Part shown: one piece after another, positions 59,779 to 64,000 of the stretch
How the letters are laid out: each line of letters opens with the position of its first letter
Position numbering within the stretch: the stretch's first letter is position 1
NCBI GenBank assembly: GCA_023228875.1
Contig: JALOAG010000005.1
Location: forward strand, 149,801-213,800
Source: Bacteroidia bacterium
GTDB lineage: Bacteria; Bacteroidota; Bacteroidia; NS11-12g; UBA955
DNA length: 64,000 nt
Reading direction: 5' to 3'
Translations under genes and position numbers: made by a program
The notes under the pieces: generated by a model
Seen by the model: only the letters and a program-made list of their open reading frames with translations
Told to the model about the DNA's origin: nothing
Database searches by the model: none

Positions 59779-60156
59779 ATGAAAATACATTCATTAGACC
59801 CTAGAATTACTCGTGCAGAAATAGATAGTGAAAAACCGTTTGAAGTAGCTAAAGAATTAGATCAGTGGCAAACCTATGAGGTTTTTCATCAAACCAAGCG
59901 CGGGCTACAACATCAACATGTAGGTTGTGTTCATGCACCTAACGCAGAAATGGCACTCTTGTTTGCTAAAGAAGTGTATGGACGCAGAGGTATGTGTGTA
60001 AATCTGTGGGTAGCCAAGTCTGCTAATATTTATGCATCTGACTATGAAGATGCAGATATTTTTGAGGCAGAAGAAGTCAAAACATATCGAGATCCGGGTT
60101 ATTATAAAGTGATGGATAGAATTAGAGCATTTAAAGAAAAACAACAATCGTTATGA
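59779..60156 (+). CDS. paaB: 1,2-phenylacetyl-CoA epoxidase, subunit B (N-terminally extended)
   Basis: YEVF, HVGCVHAP.AEMAL..AKEVY.RR...VNLWV. Confidence 0.88.
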   Translation: MKIHSLDPRITRAEIDSEKPFEVAKELDQWQTYEVFHQTKRGLQHQHVGCVHAPNAEMALLFAKEVYGRRGMCVNLWVAKSANIYASDYEDADIFEAEEVKTYRDPGYYKVMDRIRAFKEKQQSL

Positions 60157-60923
60157 ACATATCTGAAAAAGGATTTGAAGCAATCAAGGATTTGCTCTAT
60201 AAAATGGCTGATGACCAATTGATTATTGGGCATAGAAATTCTGAATGGACAGGGTTAGGTCCTGTATTAGAAGAAGATATTGCGTTTTCTTCAATGGCTC
60301 AAGATAAACTTGGACATGCACAAGCGTTATATGAAATTCTTAGCCAAATGGGAGAGGGAGACCCTGATACCATAGCGTTTATGCGTAATGCAGAGCAATT
60401 TCATTGCTGCCATTTGGTTGAACTCCCGATTGGAGAATATGAATTTAGTTTAATGCGACATTTTTTCTTTGATAATGCTGAATTATTACGCTTCGAAATG
60501 TTGGCAAACTCATCTTTCGAACCATTGTCCTTCCTTTCTAAAAAAATTAAAGGTGAAATCAAATATCATACTATGCATGCGGATGTTTGGATATCTCAGC
60601 TGGGCAACGCTTCTGAAGAGAGTAATATTAGAATGCAAAATGCGCTGAATGCCACATTCTCATTGGCACTAGGAATATTTGAAAAAGGAAATTTTGAAGA
60701 TGTGTTAATATCAGAAGGTATTTTTGATGGAGAAGAATCGCTTAAAGCCAAGTGGCTCAATGTAGTGATTCCAATACTTGAAAAGTCAGGGTTGAATGTT
60801 CCGGACCCAAATGCAACAACTGCTTCTATGGGTGGACGTAAAGGAAATCATACCGAACATTTACAATCGCTGTTAAATGAAATGACAGAAGTATTTAGAA
60901 TAGACCCTGCAGCAGAATGGTAG
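60153..60923 (+). CDS. paaC: 1,2-phenylacetyl-CoA epoxidase, subunit C
   Basis: ADD.LI.GHR.SEW.G..P.LEEDIA, KE..YH-like GEIKYH, GRKG.HTEHL..LL.EM. Confidence 0.94.
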   Translation: MNISEKGFEAIKDLLYKMADDQLIIGHRNSEWTGLGPVLEEDIAFSSMAQDKLGHAQALYEILSQMGEGDPDTIAFMRNAEQFHCCHLVELPIGEYEFSLMRHFFFDNAELLRFEMLANSSFEPLSFLSKKIKGEIKYHTMHADVWISQLGNASEESNIRMQNALNATFSLALGIFEKGNFEDVLISEGIFDGEESLKAKWLNVVIPILEKSGLNVPDPNATTASMGGRKGNHTEHLQSLLNEMTEVFRIDPAAEW

Positions 60924-60939
60924 ATAAGCGAGGTGTGAA

Positions 60940-61425
60940 ATGTTAGTTACCCAAGCAGATGTGCTCAATGCGCTCAAAGAAGTAAGCGACCCTGAAATTC
61001 CCACTATTTCTATTGTGGATTTGGGGATTGTTACAAAAATTGTTATTAATCCTGAACAGACATACGTAGAGCTGACTCCTACATTTGCAGGTTGTCCGGC
61101 ACTTAGAATAATGGAAACATTGGTAGTAAATAAACTAAGTGAAAAAGGGTTCGCTAACCCTGTAGCTAAAACAACTTTTGAAGTTCAATGGAATACAAGT
61201 ATGATTTCAGAAGCCGGTTTGTTTGCATTAAAGAAGCATGGACTTGCTCCACCTCAACCGATTGATGGAGAATTAAATTTGAATGATTTAAAGAAAATCC
61301 CTTGCCCTTATTGCGACAGTCCAAATACTGAACTCAAAAGCCCTTTTGGTCCAACTCTCTGTCGTTCAATACACTATTGCAACGATTGCCTGCAAACGTT
61401 CGAGGCGTTTAAACCCGTACAATAA
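60940..61425 (+). CDS. paaD: 1,2-phenylacetyl-CoA epoxidase, subunit D
   Basis: V.DPEIP.ISIVDLG, TPTF.GCPA, CPYCDS.NT, FGPTLCRSIHYC.DCLQTFE.FK. Confidence 0.94.
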   Translation: MLVTQADVLNALKEVSDPEIPTISIVDLGIVTKIVINPEQTYVELTPTFAGCPALRIMETLVVNKLSEKGFANPVAKTTFEVQWNTSMISEAGLFALKKHGLAPPQPIDGELNLNDLKKIPCPYCDSPNTELKSPFGPTLCRSIHYCNDCLQTFEAFKPVQ

Positions 61426-61514
61426 TCCTTGCCGGGTTGCAAACTGATTTATTGTATATCATGCAATAGAGTAGTGATTGCTAATGTTGGACTATCGCAC
61501 TGCAACAGAACTCA

Positions 61515-61982
61515 TTAGCAAAATATGTTGTAATTGACAAAAGCATTGAGCCAATGTGTAAGATTTCCGTCAACGGAGAAATTCTTATCAATGGTCATTC
61601 TAAGATTGTTTTGGGCGAAATGATGTTCAAACAGAGTTGATGAATACACCTGTTGCAAATCATGATTTGAAAGAAGTAAGAGTTCATTGGACAACATTTG
61701 AAAGATGGCGTATTTTAAAATATTTAAGCACAAGTGTTTGAAAAGCAGATTGAGTGCTTTAAAAAAGGAGAGGGGAAGTATATTTGTGAGTTCCCGACAA
61801 GCGAAACCGACCTGCGCTCCATTCAAAAGATACTCAGATACAATAATAGAAAAACTACAAAAATCTAATTTTATAAGGGTACAAAAAGCCTTCCAAAACA
61901 TCAAAAGTCCGTTTTGCGATTTGTAGTATGAATAATACACCAAGCCAAACAAGAGTAAATTATTTGTGTATTTTTGTTGCAT
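61515..61982 (-). other. Unexplained 155-codon ORF, possibly spurious or a degraded gene
   Basis: No recognisable motifs; lies between paaD and the cassette region. Confidence 0.2.
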
Positions 61983-62039
61983 ATATAAATGAGTTTCCGG
62001 CTAGCATAAAAGACTACATCACAACGCTCACAACTCCTA

Positions 62040-62161
62040 TATAAACCACCCAAAAAACCAACTTAAAAAGCATAGTTGAAAAAACAAGTGTGCTTAAAAC
62101 GCTTCTAATGAAGCCGTTTTTGATGTTTTTTTCTTTTTTTAGAGAGTTGTGCAACAGCTAC
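62040..62161 (+). mobile_element. Possible IS (IS1182-like) terminal remnant interrupting an attC-like site
   Basis: Ends in GAGTTGTGCAACAGCTAC (62144-62161), which from memory resembles IS1182-type termini. The open frame leading into it reads ...NLKSIVEKTSVLKTLLMKPFLMFFSFFRELCNSY. No transposase body and no convincing partner inverted repeat. Confidence 0.3.
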
Positions 62162-62178
62162 CCGTGTTAGCACTCGTT
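62162..62178 (-). repeat. Truncated attC-like site downstream of the cassette gene (core TGCTAAC plus start of left arm)
   Basis: Minus strand reads ACGAGTGCTAACACGGG, with the core 13 nt after the stop codon. The core is the exact complement of GTTAGCA upstream of the gene. Confidence 0.55.
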
Positions 62179-62185
62179 TTTCTTT

Positions 62186-63388
62186 TCAATTCGTCAATTT
62201 TGGTCTCTCCGTTTTTACTAAAAGTCCGTTTGCAATAAAACTATCTCCTGTTGTCAATTCTATTGTGTAAGTTAATTGTTCCTCTTCAATTGTCTCAATG
62301 GAAATTATGTTTATAAACTTATTTTCAGTCGGGATAAAAACTCTGTCACCGATTTTTAATTGAATTACTTCAGATGTTTGTTCGTAATTGTTGTTTGATT
62401 TAGTTGGGTTTACTGATGCCCAAATTTTGTCTTCTGTCCAAAATGGGTGGTCGTCAGTTGCAATTATTTCTCTGTCTGAAAAGCGTAGTTTTAAAAGATA
62501 GGTATGTCTTGCTATAGTAAGTTCTGAAACTTTCACTTTGTCCAAATTACCTGTCAAATTATTGTATGTAAGAACCCAATCTTGATTTGTTATTTCTTCT
62601 ATTTTCTTTGTTGAATTGTCAGCCATTGTGATTTGTGTCCCTGCTGCGAAACAATGAACGTCTAAGCCGTCAAAATTGATTTCACTAACAGCAACGTCAT
62701 CGTATTTTGTGCCTTTGTAAATTTCTAAAATCTCTAAGGTTAGAATTAAGTCCTTTGTGCTATCAGTAGATTGAATAGGATTGATTTTAAAAGACTGAGT
62801 GTTGTTAATGTCTTTAAGTTCAAGAATTGCTGTCGGTTTGCCGTTCACAATCATTTTGAACTTTGCTACTCGTGAATTTGCTTTCCACAAGTCAGTATTT
62901 TTAATGTACCCGTTCCAAATTATTATTTCATTTACCCTTGGTGCATATGGTTTGAAATGAAAATTTATTTTATTTCCGATTGAACCGTTTGAGTTGTCAG
63001 GAATCCACGCAGTAAAAAGGTCAAAGTCGTGAATGTTGTCTGGTAAGTATGTTATTTTTCCTTCGTCTTTTAAATACGAAGAAGAGGTTATTTTGTAAGG
63101 TCCACCGCCACAATACCAACTGCAACCAACACCTTGCGTCAATGGACCGTAACCGCTTTCTAAAGAGTCAATCATTTTTTTGTCTTGCTCTGAAAGTTTC
63201 TCATAGTCAATCTCACCCGAATTGATTTTTCCATATTGGTCAAGTGCTTTTTGCCAAATTATTTGGTCTGCTTTTTTAAAGTCATTAGAAGCGTTAACTG
63301 TCGCCTGAATAATCGGCAAATTTTGACCTGAAATCGAAAGTCCCAAAGTCAAAAAGAAAATTGTCAATATGTAAGCTGTCTTTGTCAT
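62186..63388 (-). CDS. Secreted protein: NADase-type glycan-binding/discoidin-like domain plus C-terminal Hint (intein-like) domain; candidate gene-cassette ORF
   Basis: Signal peptide; GCSWYCGGG; DFDLFTAW, IIIWNGY.K....W.AN.RV, EILEIYKG.KY.DVAVSEI; then H-C246FAAGTQITMAD, T311DDH314PF, LKIGDRV, TYTIEL...SFIANGLLVKTE. Confidence 0.8.
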   Translation of the reverse strand: MTKTAYILTIFFLTLGLSISGQNLPIIQATVNASNDFKKADQIIWQKALDQYGKINSGEIDYEKLSEQDKKMIDSLESGYGPLTQGVGCSWYCGGGPYKITSSSYLKDEGKITYLPDNIHDFDLFTAWIPDNSNGSIGNKINFHFKPYAPRVNEIIIWNGYIKNTDLWKANSRVAKFKMIVNGKPTAILELKDINNTQSFKINPIQSTDSTKDLILTLEILEIYKGTKYDDVAVSEINFDGLDVHCFAAGTQITMADNSTKKIEEITNQDWVLTYNNLTGNLDKVKVSELTIARHTYLLKLRFSDREIIATDDHPFWTEDKIWASVNPTKSNNNYEQTSEVIQLKIGDRVFIPTENKFINIISIETIEEEQLTYTIELTTGDSFIANGLLVKTERPKLTN

Positions 63389-63411
63389 TTGTTGTGTCTT
63401 CCTAAAATGCC

Positions 63412-63548
63412 TGCTAACGGTTGGCAGCTACAAGAAGTTGGCGATTTTCACCACAACTACCCGTGCGGAGAACCAAATATTCATTAACCACAAATATGTC
63501 TGCGGAACACTCAACCGCCAATTTATTGTAGGTGCTGCTATGCCCAGT
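63412..63548 (-). repeat. attC-like imperfect palindrome (~135 bp) between two cassette-like genes
   Basis: Arms CTACAAGAAGTTGGCG (63428-63443) and CGCCAATTTATTGTAG (63516-63531) pair at 14/16. On the minus strand the element starts GGCATAGC and ends GTTAGCA, 23 nt before the next ATG. Confidence 0.7.
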
Positions 63549-63594
63549 ACTTTGTCCTTTTTCATAAGTTTAATATCAAGCCAAACCACTTCCA

Positions 63595-64000
63595 TCAATT
63601 TTCCTTTCGAGGAATCAGTAATTTGCTTTTTTGATTGGAACATCCTGTTTCTTTTATAGTTTCGGAAGGAATTAATTTGATTGTTTTGTCAGCCGTATCT
63701 CCAAGTCTGAAATGATAATATGTGTCGCAATTTAAAGAATCTATCACTATCTTTATTTCCTTTCTGCCAATTTGTAATTTGCAGTACATAGCACCGGAAG
63801 TATGTGAGAAAGTGACCACACTATCAGTTTCCGATACCTTAAAGCTTCTAATTTTTTTTCCGTTAGATGACAGCCCTATTTCTACTTTAACCATTTGTCC
63901 TGCCAGTCTCCATTCTTTGATATTGATGCATGTCAACCCACAACCTGGTTGAGCCTTAAGCATAAGTTTTGGAATGCAGATTATCAGAATCAAAAGGACT
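63595..64000 (-). CDS. Hypothetical secreted protein (5' end outside window); candidate upstream cassette ORF
   Basis: The frame stays open to the window edge (..VLLILIICIPKLMLKAQPGCG..) with a signal-peptide-like stretch. The stop lies ~50 nt before the attC-like element. Confidence 0.55.
   Translation of the reverse strand, partial: VLLILIICIPKLMLKAQPGCGLTCINIKEWRLAGQMVKVEIGLSSNGKKIRSFKVSETDSVVTFSHTSGAMYCKLQIGRKEIKIVIDSLNCDTYYHFRLGDTADKTIKLIPSETIKETGCSNQKSKLLIPRKEN

Noticed and set aside
61648-61661. CCTGTTGCAAATC as a possible left inverted repeat for the IS-like end at 62144-62161
   Set aside because: Only 8 bp of identity, and the intervening DNA encodes nothing transposase-like.
62167-62175. 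TTAGCACTC, a perfect CIRCE half-site
   Set aside because: No GAGTGCTAA partner 9 bp away, it lies downstream of a gene, and it is better explained as the attC-like core.
63438-63659. 73-aa plus-strand ORF across the palindrome
   Set aside because: Antisense to the cassette orientation and explained by the repeat sequence; no coding evidence.
1-64000. tRNA, rRNA, CRISPR arrays, prophage genes, integrase, selenoprotein-type in-frame TGA
   Set aside because: None recognised by eye. Intergenic gaps are short and lack cloverleaf or regularly spaced repeats, and the redox-motif genes use ordinary Cys codons. tRNAscan-SE or Infernal would be needed to exclude small RNAs.

Overview
AT-rich chromosomal window from a Bacteroidota bacterium. 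The phylum call rests on a type IX secretion C-terminal domain protein, recurrent TAnnTTTG -7 promoter elements, Bacteroidota-style LptD/MCE/amidase and fur-purA gene orders, and dnaA without an adjacent dnaN. About 61.4 kb is densely packed housekeeping content: anmK, MCE protein, amidase, LptD-like protein, dnaK, biotin carboxylase, purC, phoH, nth, lplA, ppx, dnaA, methylmalonyl-CoA mutase, fur, purA, fumC, hutI, tag, bcp, mfd, glycosyl- and methyltransferases, outer-membrane proteins, and a TetR-paaABCD phenylacetate epoxidase cluster with no adjacent paaE. I found no rRNA, tRNA or CRISPR array. The last ~2.6 kb is accessory and looks like the end of an integron-like gene-cassette array. 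A ~135-bp imperfect palindrome (63412-63548) separates two minus-strand genes for secreted proteins. The complete gene (62186-63388) is bracketed by a perfect inverted 7-bp core pair, GTTAGCA/TGCTAAC. It encodes a signal peptide, a NADase-type/discoidin-like domain and a C-terminal Hint (intein-like) domain that lacks the terminal His-Asn. The next attC-like site appears cut off by what may be an IS end. No integrase lies in the window. Other notable signals are a phased TGTCAG-like repeat upstream of dnaK, two compact bidirectional promoters, a TetR operator-like palindrome, a solo REP-like hairpin and several enzyme homologues with altered catalytic motifs. All family assignments come from motif recognition by eye, not database searches.
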